Part shown: positions 51,201-64,000 of the stretch, piece by piece
Position numbering within the stretch: position 1 is the first letter of the stretch
Layout: each line of letters opens with the position of its first letter
Notes under the pieces: generated by a model
Databases searched by the model: none
Seen by the model: only the letters and a program-made list of their open reading frames with translations
Told to the model about the DNA's origin: nothing
From: Yuukianura sp. NJ FZ-2021
Taxonomy: Eukaryota
DNA: 64,000 nucleotides
Assembly: GCA_046563655.1 (NCBI GenBank)
Contig: CM102290.1
Location: 7,192,001 to 7,256,000, forward strand
Direction of reading: 5' to 3'
Made by a program: the position numbers and the translations under genes

Positions 51201-54200
51201 CATCTTCAGTTTGTCCACATACTACAAAAATACATTACTATATTTTTCAAATGAAGAATTTTCGGTATTCCCCTGCTTAAAGCTTTCCTGTTTGAATAGA
51301 ACTTAAGCGTTTGTATCTTCCAATCCGTTCTGTCAAGTGTACGGCTTTGAAAAGTTTCAACTTCTTCGAGGAGTAAAAAAAACTTGATTTCCTTTACTTT
51401 CCACTCTTGATTTTTTTTTCGATGAAAACGAAAAAAAAAATCGGATTTCGGAGGAGAGGAAAATGGGGGAAGTTTGGTTGAAATGGGGTGGGGTGTACGG
51501 AAGGAGGGAGCGAGGAATGGCAGCCATGCGATGAATTCAAAGATTCGGACGAAACCCGCCAATAATCACACACTCACACTTTCACCCCTTCCCCCCAATC
51601 CCCACTTTCACTTCCCCTGCCTTACACCGCCCCCACTTTCACCTCCGATTCAATTCCCTCCTCATTTCCGCTCCCTCCCCCCATAGCAACAGAAGTTGTC
51701 GCTCCAGCCGCATACCATCTTCTTTCACAGCTTCAATTTGACATGGGAAGAACCAGGCGGTTGATTCAAAATTCCATCGTGTAATTACCATCCTTGAATA
51801 CATAGCGACCTTCACTTTTCCAAATTTTGTCGTCTTGGTTTGACGTGAATGCTATACGTAGTCCATCTTTTTAGGTTAGGTTCGAATTCATTTGAAATTG
51901 AGACATTTGAAACTGGCGGGATAATGGAGAATGAGTTTGTTCCAACCTAGAAATCAAAACCAAAAGGAGAAAATTAATACGATAATCCACTCCGTGCCAA
52001 ATTAGTGTTTCACAGCCTCTGACTCTCAGCCTCTCTCTCTGTATACAGCGTTCCGCTTAGTGTGTAACGTTCACATTCTTTCACACCCAAGATTACCATT
52101 CCAGCCCCAGCGTCTAATTTCTGAAGCGCTTGTTTTGTTGTACAATGCCTACAAACCAATTCACAACGAATGATAATTTGAACGAAGACAGAATTTTTTT
52201 TGCCGTTTCAGAAAACTTTAAGCGTTCAATTTCTGAGGAACAATAGTTTTTCTGTTCTTTGTTTTGATTTGAGCAAGAACAAAAAGCGAATGAAACAAGT
52301 GCATGGTTGCACTCAGTGCTACGTCAATGGGTTTAGGCTGTGAGAACAAAATAGTCAACTTTGGCGGAATTTTTTATTCATTGCCATTGCATTTGTGAAT
52401 TTGAAGTTGCGACCTTGAACTTCAGTTTCTAAACAAATATACTGCTCGGAACATCAAAAAATCTTGAACTATGAGGTTGAAAGATTTTAATAAATTAAGG
52501 TTCCATTTGAACTTAGGAATTGGGAAGCAAAAAAAATTTTTTTTTAATGTGTTTACATTAGCCGCAGTTTGGATTAATCAAAACAATTCTTCAAATCAAT
52601 CAAAACAAAATTAATTATGACTCGTGCTGTATGTATTTTTTTCTTTGTTGAATCCCCATGCTGGACAGTGTTGTTGGAATGGCGTTGGTGTTTGGGCGTG
52701 CCTGTGCCTGTTGTGACCATTTGGCCGTTGTCTCCCCGCGTATTGATCCGGATGAGTCATGATGATGTGCGTGGTCAGCAGGGTTTTGGTGTGGGGAAAG
52801 CGGAGAGTGAGTTGTGGGCGTTTCTATTTTTCTGTTCCTTTCTCCAATGGAGGCAGTGAAAGACGTCTCTATTTTTTTTTTGCCAGAGCTGGGCAAAATG
52901 TGGCCAGGCGGAGGGCAGTGGCTCCTTGTATGCCCTAGGTCGCCTGGGCGCAAGAGTCGATATTATGGATTTTTTACTTTCTCCCCTGCTCCCCTCCCAA
53001 AGGACAAAAATCGGCCTTTTGTGGCCTGTGACTCCGTGGTCGAGGCCACAGGAACCAGGGACTTCCCATTGGCCCTCCGCAGGTGAACAGGCCCTTTGAA
53101 TTCTCTGAAGCCCTTCGCACCTTCGCTAAGGGCCTCCTGCTGCTCACAGCCACTAGCTACCAAGGATCAACCAGCCTTTAATTGATTTCCTGCAGGGATA
53201 CCTCCATTTATCTCTAATTCAATTCAAATCAATTGTTCAAAATTATACTCACTCCCCGTCTCGCCAGGTCACAAATCAGTCAATGCCAATCACTCCAAAC
53301 CGAGGAAACACCTTTTCAACTTACATTGCCGCGCCAGTCAATATTGCATATGAGTATTTGAAAAAAAAATCTTTTAATTCGAAAAATTTGTATGTTTATG
53401 TAGAGATTTGGAAATTAAGAAAAATTGATTACGGGCAAGTTTTAGCACGCAAATGCTAGTCCTAGTTGTTTTGCAAATTTTTGAGGGGATTTGTTTAATA
53501 AATGGCTGATTTTAAAACTTAGCCAAGATATTTCCGGTCATTTCTAAAATAAATTCACAACTTAAATCGTCATTAGTTGCAGTATATAGTATGTATATTA
53601 CGCATGTGTTCTGTTTGTTTTTTGAACAAAACTTCTCGTCCAGAAATACACCTCTAGTTGTATATTATAGGTTAGGTGAGTATAAAATCATCTCGGCTGC
53701 TATATGTCAACTTAGCTTTGTATTGATCTTGCTGTCAACACCTAATTATAAAAGTTTCCTTTGTACAATTTGGATTTTTGTTCAGCAAAAAAAAATGCTG
53801 CTCTCATACCAGGAAATAATAATCGGAAATACCGTTTTGTATCAGTACCTAATCAGTATTGTATCACTATCAAATAAAAATCAAATCAGTTCAAATGCGT
53901 AGAATAGCACTTCAGTATCACAGGCATTAAAATGTCTAGCATTAAAAAATGCTCAATAGATAGACAAATGATTGACAAAGCTAACGAAAATTGGTACTTA
54001 AATTAATTTTTTTTCGAGTGCAATTGTAGAATAGAAAAAAGTTGTGAAAAAAGGCTTCATTTAGGCACCAGGTAGCGCAAGGTGAAGCCTGGTTTTGTAA
54101 TGAGCGGAGAAAGCGGGAGAAAGTGTTGCTGTGCAAGACTGGTTTCGCTGGAAGTCCAGTGCTTGGCAGGGGCTGGGGAGTGGCTGGAAGACGGAGATAA

Positions 54201-57134
54201 ATCAGCGTTTTTGTGTGGATCCGATGTCCTGCCATGTATTTTTTCGGGTGTTCAAATGGCCTGGATCAATACTTTCTCCTCCTTCTCCTTTCTCCCCGTC
54301 GTTAATTCCCTCAGAAAAAGGTATGGTCGTCAGTGGAGACAAGATCGATCCTCGACGCACTTACTCAATCAGCCAGGGCCATGACTCGACTAAGGGGACA
54401 GACAGACGTCGCAGGCCTCCGCCTGGTTGCCATGTCAACCGACTGCTGCGGAGGCAGGGAGAAATGGTCACACTTGGCCAGACTTTTAGCAACCCCACGT
54501 AGGGAGAAGAGAAAATAAAATTTCCAAGAATAATTCAAAAGAAGAGGGGGAAACGTCGTGGAGAGGCGAAGGGAAAGGGCAGCTAAAAACCTCTGCTTCA
54601 ACTCATGTCGTCGCCATTCAAGTGACATTCTCAGACTAACTTAAGGAGTTGTTGGCCACGACAAACGAAAATGCTACGTTCAGGATTTCTTCCAGCATTG
54701 GCAATACAATTAAGCACAACTGACCCAGAGAAAGTTTTTAGTCAACTTTTGTAAGATATCCAGAAACGCTAGTTTGAACAACGTGCGAATTTGTTCAAAA
54801 ACTAAAATTAGTTATCAAAATTTTTCAAACTTTTGAAACCTTGAAAGTGTTAGTTTCTCAAATTCTTTAGCAAGCAAAAAAAACTTTGAAAACAATTTGG
54901 ACGCCATCCACTGATGACGAATTTTGGTTTCACCTTGCTTCAATTTACACTTACTTAAAGTTCTAATGGCTCGACTTTTTTAATTTAAAAATTTTTAAAT
55001 CGAAGTTTTCAAACCCTGCAACAATTTCATCTCTTATCGAAATTTTTTTAGGATGTCCCATTTTTCAATATTTAGAAAAAGAAAGCAATTTGGCAATAAA
55101 TATGTGAGTATGATTTGGACTGATTCGGTTCAATTTTCCATAGTTTTATGGAAACAATTGAATGCAATTTGGTTCGTTTTCTTTACATGGACTTCCTGCA
55201 CGACGACTACGACTATGGTAACTTGTATGTCGTCCGAAAAAAGCTTTTTTTCTCGGGAGAGGAGTGGATTTTGGTGGGTCTGGGATTCATTAGTTTCCCT
55301 TTTTTGAGAATAAAATGGAATAGGGTAGAATTCTGTCACTGCCTGAGTCCCCCTCCCTCGTTGGAGTGAGCCCTGCTGTCGAATGGAAGGAAAATCCAGG
55401 GCTCCCATTGGACAAATTCACCCCAAAATGGCGCTTTCCCCTCTTTTCAAAAAGAATATTCAGAACGTCACCTGACATTTATCCCGCCATGGGATGACCA
55501 CTGCTCTCCCCTCCACAATTTTCAAAATAACTTCAAAAGAGGAATAAACCCTAGCATCATTTTTACAAATGACTCATACACTCCACTTCTCAAATAAAAT
55601 CCACTTACTCTTTCAAAGTGTCACATACAATTTTTACTTTATTTTAGTTTATCAAAAAAAAGTTTTCAAAAAGCGTATTTCGGGACAGGTTTTATATGGA
55701 AATTGGGTTTAGGACTTTGGATTTTAGAAAAAATGTTTTAAAAGTGTACAATTCAAATTATTTCGAATTCGACTTTAACAAATTTTTTCAAATGTTGACT
55801 CAAAAATGCACCGTGGCATGTGTGCAGCTGGAATTCACATTTTGGAAGTTGGCGTTTTCTTTTTTAAATGAGATAGCTTGATTTTTGAAGCTTTTTTGAA
55901 TGTACAATATTTGTATAAGCTTATCTGATGCAAAATAAACCAAACTCATTAAGACTGCCTTATATTTTCAAAAATAAAAGTAAAAATTAATTTTGTTTTC
56001 AAATGAAATGAAAACTTGTGAATTCAGAAAAGAAATTGAATTTGAAGCGAACGTTTCTAAATTCAATTTAGAAACTACCTCTATTTGGTTTTAGCTAGAA
56101 CTGCTAAATTGAGTTGAATTTTGCGGAATTTGAAATTTCTAAACAAGTTGGAATTTTTCTAAAAACTTTTTAAATGTTGTTGGCTCTTAGTCCAACTATT
56201 TTTTGAACTCTAGTCTCTTTGTCTTTACAACTTCACTTACGTCTACAAATGCCTCATAGAGTACAGACCAAAGTCACAAAGTGTTCTCAACTGATGCGCG
56301 TCATCCCTCTTAATCAAGTTTACATATGAGCACCAAAAGCTAAAACCGCAAAAGTCACTTTCAATGATTTTGGCTTACATCAAAGGACGGAAATTTGAAA
56401 TTGCAATTTGAAGAACCTGCAAGTCAGATCCAGAACCCAACAACTTTTGACTCACACGAGTTTCTGGATTAATTAACCAACGCCCTGTCTTTGAAATGAC
56501 AATACTACCCCGGGAAAGTTCCATTTCTGAAGGGATACTTTATCTGTTCAAGTTAACCTGAACTTCCAGCCGTACAAGATATGCGTTCAGTTTCGTTGGT
56601 GGTATCCATGCTCAACGTGTTATAACCTAGCGTTACTGCATCGCGATTGGTAATACGACGGGCAGTAACAACCTAATCTCACCTAACGATTGCAGTGTTG
56701 AATAATTTTTGAAAGTTGAAAAAAAAAAGTGTAATAAGTTTTCCAGGTTATATTTTTTTCTTTAATTTTTAAAAAGTTAAAAAAAAAAGATTAAAATTTC
56801 TGTAGTATTTCGGATTTTCAAGACAGGTTCATCAAGTCCTCCATGTTAACTTCATTTTAAAATTTTAATTCAAATTCTATAAAATTAGTCGAATTGGATC
56901 AGTTTCTGAAAAAAAATCCAAATGAAAATACATTAAACACTCCTGTAATTATAATAGTCTAATTATATCTATATCCTTGGAACTTCAGTTATGGTGTATC
57001 AAATACGGTTTGCCTGCTTCACTGTTCAACAAATAAAACAGTTTAAAAACAAAAAAGAAAATATGACAATTGGTTACACAAAACCAAATTAATTTGAACC
57101 AGTGCAGTGGCATGGAACCTGCGAGTATGAACGT

Positions 57135-57270
57135 ATTATTAATAATATTATTATAACATTATTGACTTATTATTAACCTAAAATTGATAATATTATTATA
57201 ACATTAACTTATTGTTAACCTAAAATTTATAACAATTATTGACGTATTATTTATAACTATATAACTATAA
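57135..57270. repeat. AT-rich imperfect tandem repeat (unit about 42-45 bp)
   Basis: ATAATATTATTATAACATTA...ACTTATT(A/G)TTAACCTAAAATT at about 57142-57186 and 57187-57228, followed by a degenerate third copy. Confidence 0.75.
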
Positions 57271-60200
57271 CCTGGTTTGGTTTAAACTTTACCAATATGA
57301 GGTAACCTAGCCTGCTTATGATTGGTTTAATTTATTTAACTTGTTTTGAATTAATATTATCAAAATTAATTGAAAGAACTCAGTTTTTTAGTCATGTGAG
57401 TTGCATGGCCTACCCGAGAGAGAAAAAACCAGCGTCCGGGCCCTCAGTGGAGGAAAGTGAACTTTCTCCGAAGTTGGAGAGAAGGATGTGGGAAAACTTT
57501 TTCCTAATTCATCAAGCTCTCCACAAAAGAAAGGATTAGGATTACACCTCGCAACTTCCTTCATCCAATCAGCACAAAACAAGCAACAAACAGTTTCGGA
57601 AGGAACAACACAGGAGATTCAATACGTTTTCAATTATTAATTCAACAATAATTCATAATGACTCATTTTGTTATTGTTTCATTGCATCATAACTTTTCAT
57701 GAAAGGTCATAAACTGATAACTCCATCATACGGATTAACTTTATATTTGAATGGAAATTTATTTTAACATATTAAGGAGGTGAAAGTTGTTTTAATTACC
57801 CAAAGAAAAGCGCCCAAATTTTTATTTTAACGTAGTAAACAAATGGCAAAAACCCATATTTAATAAAGGGATAAAAAAATTTTTTTGTCAACTCCATTAT
57901 TCTGAAAAAAATATGCAAAATGCCAAAAATTCTAAATAGAAAGCGGTAGGTCAGCCAATAATTGCAAGAGATTTATGCAGCTTTAATAGAAAACATATTT
58001 TAATTTTCACTTAAAACATTCTGTAAGAATGAAATGGAAATTAGGAATTAAGAATCGTTTTGTTGTGTCATTAAAAAAAACTTGAGCAAAGAATAGGTGT
58101 TTCTGTTTGCATGTAGTTTCTTGTTTTGCAGAATGTTGGAGGTAGAAAGTTGTAAATTTGGAGCTGACTGATGACGCTGGAGATGGAAGTTGAGTGTATC
58201 TGGAAATTATGGTGTTGTGCAACCAACGGAGAAAGTCCACGGAGAAAGTAAATGTAAAATCGGGAACATACAGAAGTTCTCCAGACGTACGGGAAGATTG
58301 AAGTAAAAATAAACGGGTAAGACTTAGGAGAAAGATGTGGGTATGGTAGCGCCTGGCAGAGAGGTTGGAAATGACCTCTGATGACATTGTGCCTTGCAGT
58401 TGCTTTATCCTGGTCAGTTCCTGGGCATTTCAAGGGGAGAAAGCGTCTGCAGAAAAAAGAATGAAGGGGACAAAGTAGTTGACAGGGGATCCACGCGATG
58501 GCACCTCTGCCCCAAGTACCCACATTACGAAAGAAATAACCGCTTCTGGCACAACCACATTCGGAACTGAACACACACAAAAAACGGAACAAAACATTTT
58601 TTTGGCTTATCACTTCTTGCAAAATTTCAAATTCCTGAACAAAAAAAAAACATTTACTCATGAACGCGTTTACAAGTTTTTTGTTCACGTTTTACGCTTT
58701 TTAAAAACAATGCCAGTCGAAAACGTTGCAACAAAAACATCAGATTTCACGACAAAAATTATTTAACAATTGGAATGCTACATATAATAACAATTGCAAC
58801 TTAAAAATTTACTAAAATAAATTTTTACATTGTGTTATTCATTTTTCAGATTCCGCTGTAAGATTTGCTAGTCTTGGTATTATTTACTGAATTGAAGTTT
58901 AATTGAAATCAATTCAATTGTATAAATGAACTTTTGGTAAAACGGAAACGAGCATTCCAGATCTCATGTTTCAGAATGGAAATGAACCTTTTGAGTTTCG
59001 GAGAATATCTATGGACGGAGAATCATGAACTATAACGCAACGCTTTCGGATGGTCACTTATGGACATAGCTTAACTCCAACGTAGCGTAAAGTGAAAGTT
59101 CGTGAAAACTCGCCCGTAGTGTTCCAGTCATGACAATGACTATGGTGCATGCCTTATTCAGAACCTTGGATCCATTCACTCCTTTATTGTATAGTTGGCT
59201 GCGGAAAAGTTTTTGGGGCCATTGAGACCGTTTGTGCGACAGTGATGGACAGAGTCCATTTCCTACTTAGAATGGTCCCCTCTCGGGAGCCTATGGAACC
59301 TAACCTAACTTTCTCCTCCTTTGTAACTTTCCCCTTCATTAAGTTCCCCCAGGGGGAAAGACTCAATGGACACAGTCCGTTTTCCTTTAGGAAGGAAGGC
59401 GCCACGTCTTTGGCTCTGGGTGGACTTGGAGTGTCGTGTGATGTTCTTTTTCCGCCTTCCTTGTCCCTTTGTGCGATGGAATGATGCAGGATCTTTGTGC
59501 TGTCAGAAGATACTTTCTCCTTCCTGGTCGCAGAGGCAGTAGGAGGGAGAGTGTCTGAGGAGGGGGAGTGGGTGGGGGCTGCATTGTCCCTGGATGTCTA
59601 CGACAGTGGCCCCACCAGTCCCCACCACCACCACATCCCGGCTCCACTGTCGTCTCAGGGGATTTCGAGGAAGAGTCACTGAGATCATTTCCAACCAAGA
59701 AAAAAAAGGGAATCGATGATGATGAAAAAGAAGCCAAGGTTCGTTCTTGCTGCAGAAGACGAATGATTATGGGAGGAGGAGGCAGAAAAAGAAAGGAGTC
59801 AGCAAAGAAAATTGCTTTCTCTTTCTTCCCACGAGTCCAACACGCAAATTTGTCTTCCAATCCTCCCCACAACCCAAACAGCCACTCGCTCTTAATCACC
59901 ACCTATAACAAGCAGCCTTCTGCATAACATCGTTTCCCAATGTTTAGCCTAACACACCTAACTACCAAATCCTGCAAAGTAGAGGAGGTGTGAAAGGTCA
60001 CTGTCCGCCGAGTCATTCTGGATTGACACAAAAGGGGTTCATGTCTGAATTACTTCGGACACTAAAAACTTGTTTTCTAAACCTACTGAAAATTTTAAGG
60101 TTGAACATAGTACGGTTTCAGCCATTGGCAGCATTTTGTTCCAATTTGAACCATTTAGCGAACACTGCGTCGCTTAAAGTTGCAACAACGAGCCTAGGTC

Positions 60201-63200
60201 ACAAAAACGTGACTTGGTATTTTAAATACTTTAGAATTATCTAAACCTTGAAACTGCGTTCAGGAGGTTAGAGTAATTTCGCAAATTTTAAAACATTCAA
60301 ATTTAACTTGAGTTAGGCTGTGTTAGTTAAACCTAAATATTAACTTGCAAAAGAACCATGTAAGTCAGAAACAGAACTCCAAAAAAAAAATTACAAATGA
60401 CCTAGAAGGATTGTATTTGCAGAAGTGACACTTGAAGGGTCACATGTTGACCAGAAGAGGGAGACTAGGATTTATGGACTCCTTTCCACATGGGCAGCCC
60501 TCAATAGATCCAAAAGAGTTTGAATTACGAGACACAAAGTTTGAAGGGTCCAGCAAAAAACAGAGTCCCTTAAAAAACTTTGAAATGGAAAAAGTAGTGA
60601 TCTTTTCTCACGATTTCTAAAGAGAGACCATCAACTCTTTTTTTTTGATTAATTCAAAGTAGAACCAGTAGCAAAAAGCATTCGGGGTCTTGTCTTTTTT
60701 TCTATTAGGTGCAGGTACTCAACCTGTACAATTTATGATCTCAGAGGACAAAGAATCGAGACCCTTAAACCCTTCTCACCATACAGCCCTTATCCCAGAA
60801 GAACCGTAAGTTTTAGCATTGGAGAGTTCTCTATTGCTAAGCAAAGGGTTGAAGACTTAAGGGAAGAGATGAGATGGACAATTCCATTCTTCTCGCTAAT
60901 GAAATTCTATAAAAAATAAAATTAAAAAAAAATCAAGGGATCCCTTTAGATTTTATACGAAGGAAAAAAGTCCCTTTTGATCTGAAAAACCTTATTGAAG
61001 GCTCCTTTTTTTTAAATGAAAAAAATCGTGGACGAGAGCATTAGGTGGTGCGAGAACTTTAAATTTTTATAAAACGTCATACATCCGCTGGTTTGAAATT
61101 TTATTTGATAAATGTCAACCGTCTCAACGGTTAATTTTTTTTCAAAATAAAGAACGAAGAAACAATGGGAGCCCTTTGTGCCAAACTTCAAACTTTGTTC
61201 TTACTCTTTTAGTCAACGAACTTTCCAAAAATCATTCAAATAATTGCATCACTACTGGATCTGCTAGGTTAAGGGCCTCCTCCTGGTGCCTTAATTTAGT
61301 TATGCGCAAAGTCGCGGTTGGACTTCTTTTTTTCGTTTCGTGCCCTTTGACCCCTTCCAAGTAATCTCTAATCCTTGATTATACACAGAGTTACACCACA
61401 AAGGTTCAGCCAAAAAAAAGAGAAGCTTCGAACCAGAAACAGCAACGTACAAAAAGGAGAGAAAAAACGCTCCCTTTAACACACACTTTGTTAAAACAGT
61501 TTTTTAAAATTTTAAAACCCTTTTGCATCCTTGACATTTTGACATAATGGGTCCAAGTACCCACTACGGTTGGGACCCAAAAGTGTCCCAAGTGCGTGAC
61601 ACTTCCGTTACCCCTACACACTATGTCTGGTACCCTTAAGTCCCTTTCAATGTTGTTTCTACTACTTTCTGCCTGTATGTTGTCCTTGTTCTGTGCAGAA
61701 AAGTTTCCACTTGAGCCTTAATGAATCTAATCTCTCTAATCTTCAGATCTCCACTCAAGGGATGGGCCCTTTTTTAAAAAAGTAAAAATACTACTCGTTC
61801 GTCTTTTAACCCTTTTGTAACAAATACATTTGCTAGAAAGTTACACGGAGTTAAGAGCATAACTCTTTTTTAAAAAATTTGCCAGGCGGCATCCCTTTTC
61901 CAACTTTCGTATCAATTTCACCCAGGATTCAGTTTCAGTTTCAAGTTTTTAAGTGGAAAACTCAATCCAGGATCATTTTACTCAGCAAAAAGAGAAGAAT
62001 AGACCCTCAAATTGAGGAATTTTGGGGGAAAAAGTGAAAAAAAAAGTTGGTATTATTTGAACTTAACTTTTACTAAAAAAAAGTTGAATCCCTGTGATCC
62101 CTGTAGTACATAACAATAAGTTAACAAAACACAATTAGACGCCAAAGGGCACAATAGGAGATTAATGTGTAAGGATAAGGTTATTGTCCTGTCGTTGGCC
62201 TCGTGAACTAATCTTATGGACTCATTGAAACGTCATGTAAGGTGTGTTCTCAGTATCCGCTTACACCAACGGATTCGACCCTACTTTTAAACAAAATCTC
62301 GTTTTCTAACAATCATAAATAAAATATTTTTTGCTCAACCACTTTTTTCCAGAGCACCGACAAACTTTACCTTATTTCTCATTACATCATATAAGAATTT
62401 GCTTAATTCCTCGCCAAGCTACAAGTTAACCAACTGGACACTAAACTTAAAAAAAATAGAAAAAAAAATCGGATTTTTTTCTTTGGCGGATTGATTTCAA
62501 CAATTTTTGTAGTTTATGGATCAGCGACACTCTTTTGTTGCCAAACTGGTTTCCTCATGATATTGTCCACAAGGGAGAAAAATTTTGAAGAAAAAAATGT
62601 GTACAGACCATAGATAATTTGTGATTGGTGTGTAAGCGTTAGGTTATGCTAATGTTATGCGTTATTGGAAAGTAAGTTTGCTAAAACGTAGAGTGCCGAT
62701 TTGTGTCAAAAGTTTAATGAAGACTGTTGACTAAAAAGCTTAAAGACGTGCTTTAGACGAGAGACAATGAAAAATTTATTAGGAGCGTTAGGACTTAAGG
62801 TTGAAGTAGCTAAAAGAAGGTTTTTGTGGAGAAAGTTTGGAGAAAGTCTGTTGTTCCTTCGTTTCCGTCGCAACTTTCTCCTAAGCCAAAACTTTTCACC
62901 TGTTGAGGCATTTTTTCTAAGGAATAATCATGACTATTTTTTTCTTGTGGCAGAGGCTGCAGGGTAATCGCCAAGTTGGGTGGGGCTTTGTGTGGTAGCT
63001 TTTGCTACTGATAGTGGACGCTCTTTCACTTTTTTTTTTGCAAAGGATAATGCTTACTATAGAGTCCAAAAAAAAAGCTTTTCCATTTGGAAAGTCTATG
63101 TATTTTGCGGCAACTTTTCCCAAATGGAATCGTACCAGCAAAAGGAATAACCTTTTTCCCAAACCTAACCTACACTCCGTGGCTCCTCATCGATTTTTGG

Positions 63201-64000
63201 AGAAAGCTTGAAAGTTTGAAACATGCGCTGGGGAGTGTAATGACCACTAACATGGCCACCAGCATTTCCCAACACGCCCTGCCTCTCTTTCTCTCCATGA
63301 CCCAGCAGCTCCAGAGCTCTCCATCAGTCCTTACTCTAGGTTTTGAAGCACTATAGTAAAGGGATATTATGGATTCTTTGGCCTAGACACTGACACTGGA
63401 AGGAGAGCCTGGAAGGAGACTGACGGCCTTTGTGAACATACAGAAGTCTTCCAGAAGCATAGTACTTACGAGTAGTCTGGCTTCCTGCCTCTTTGGGCAG
63501 GGTAATTGGATTTCCAACTTTCTCCAGAAGACAGACAGACGGAGATGGATGGGATGCCTCACGCAAATGTCTTCAAATTAAAATTTCCCTCTCCCTCCGT
63601 TTTTTTTTTCAAGTTGGGCAAAGTCACGGGGAACAGGAGAAAGTTCACTTCTCCTGGGCAATGGAACTGTCCAAACTGTCTACATTTAAAAAATACTTTC
63701 TCTCCTTATTATTCCACCGTTTTTACCAACACCTTAACTACTAGTGCTACCGCTTCTCCAGTTTCAATCTTTTTTTAACAAGCAAAAATCTACTTCAACT
63801 GTGCGCAAATTAATTTACGAGGAAAAAAAGGAAAAATGAAGACTTACGCTATAACGTTGTGGACTTAAGGGGAGCCTATAGGATGGCTTTGGGGATTTGA
63901 GCAAAGTAATTCCAAGATTTCCAAACACTTAATTTATTTTTTGGTGAAATTTTTGGAAAACACTTCCACTTAACACTTTTCACTTCTTGGACACGAGAAA

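Noticed and set aside
59012..59022. TGGACGGAGAA, matching the 5' half of miR-184
   Set aside because: The match ends after 11 nt and I saw no convincing precursor hairpin.
58007..59927. Long ORFs of 110-205 aa in the distal region
   Set aside because: Low-complexity, Phe/Lys-biased translations with no domain, no coherent splice structure and no transposase or RT motifs.

Overview
This is eukaryotic, intron-containing DNA, most likely from an arthropod (inferred from arthropod-type Eps8 and BCL11 sequences, short GT-AG introns and scattered TTAGG doublets). I assembled five protein-coding genes by hand from splice sites and exon phases. (1) OMA1 zinc metalloprotease, minus strand, running off the left edge. 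(2) UFSP2 UFM1 protease, minus strand, 573 aa. (3) A 137-aa GPI-anchored Ly6/three-finger protein, plus strand, 3 exons, mostly missed by the ORF track. (4) EPS8/arouser adaptor (PTB-SH3-SAM), 786 aa. (5) A BCL11A/CG9650-type zinc-finger transcription factor, 979 aa. A foldback-type non-autonomous DNA transposon with long repeat-built inverted arms and an 8-bp target-site duplication sits in Ly6 intron 2. About 27-36 kb and 48-64 kb contain no recognisable coding sequence. The non-coding DNA carries recurrent motifs: DR1 AGGTCAAAGGTCA, GGAGAAAGT and clusters of AAGGGC/GCCCTT. I found no prokaryotic-type system, tRNA, rRNA or CRISPR array. Gene models are manual and lack transcript support; motif counts are by eye.
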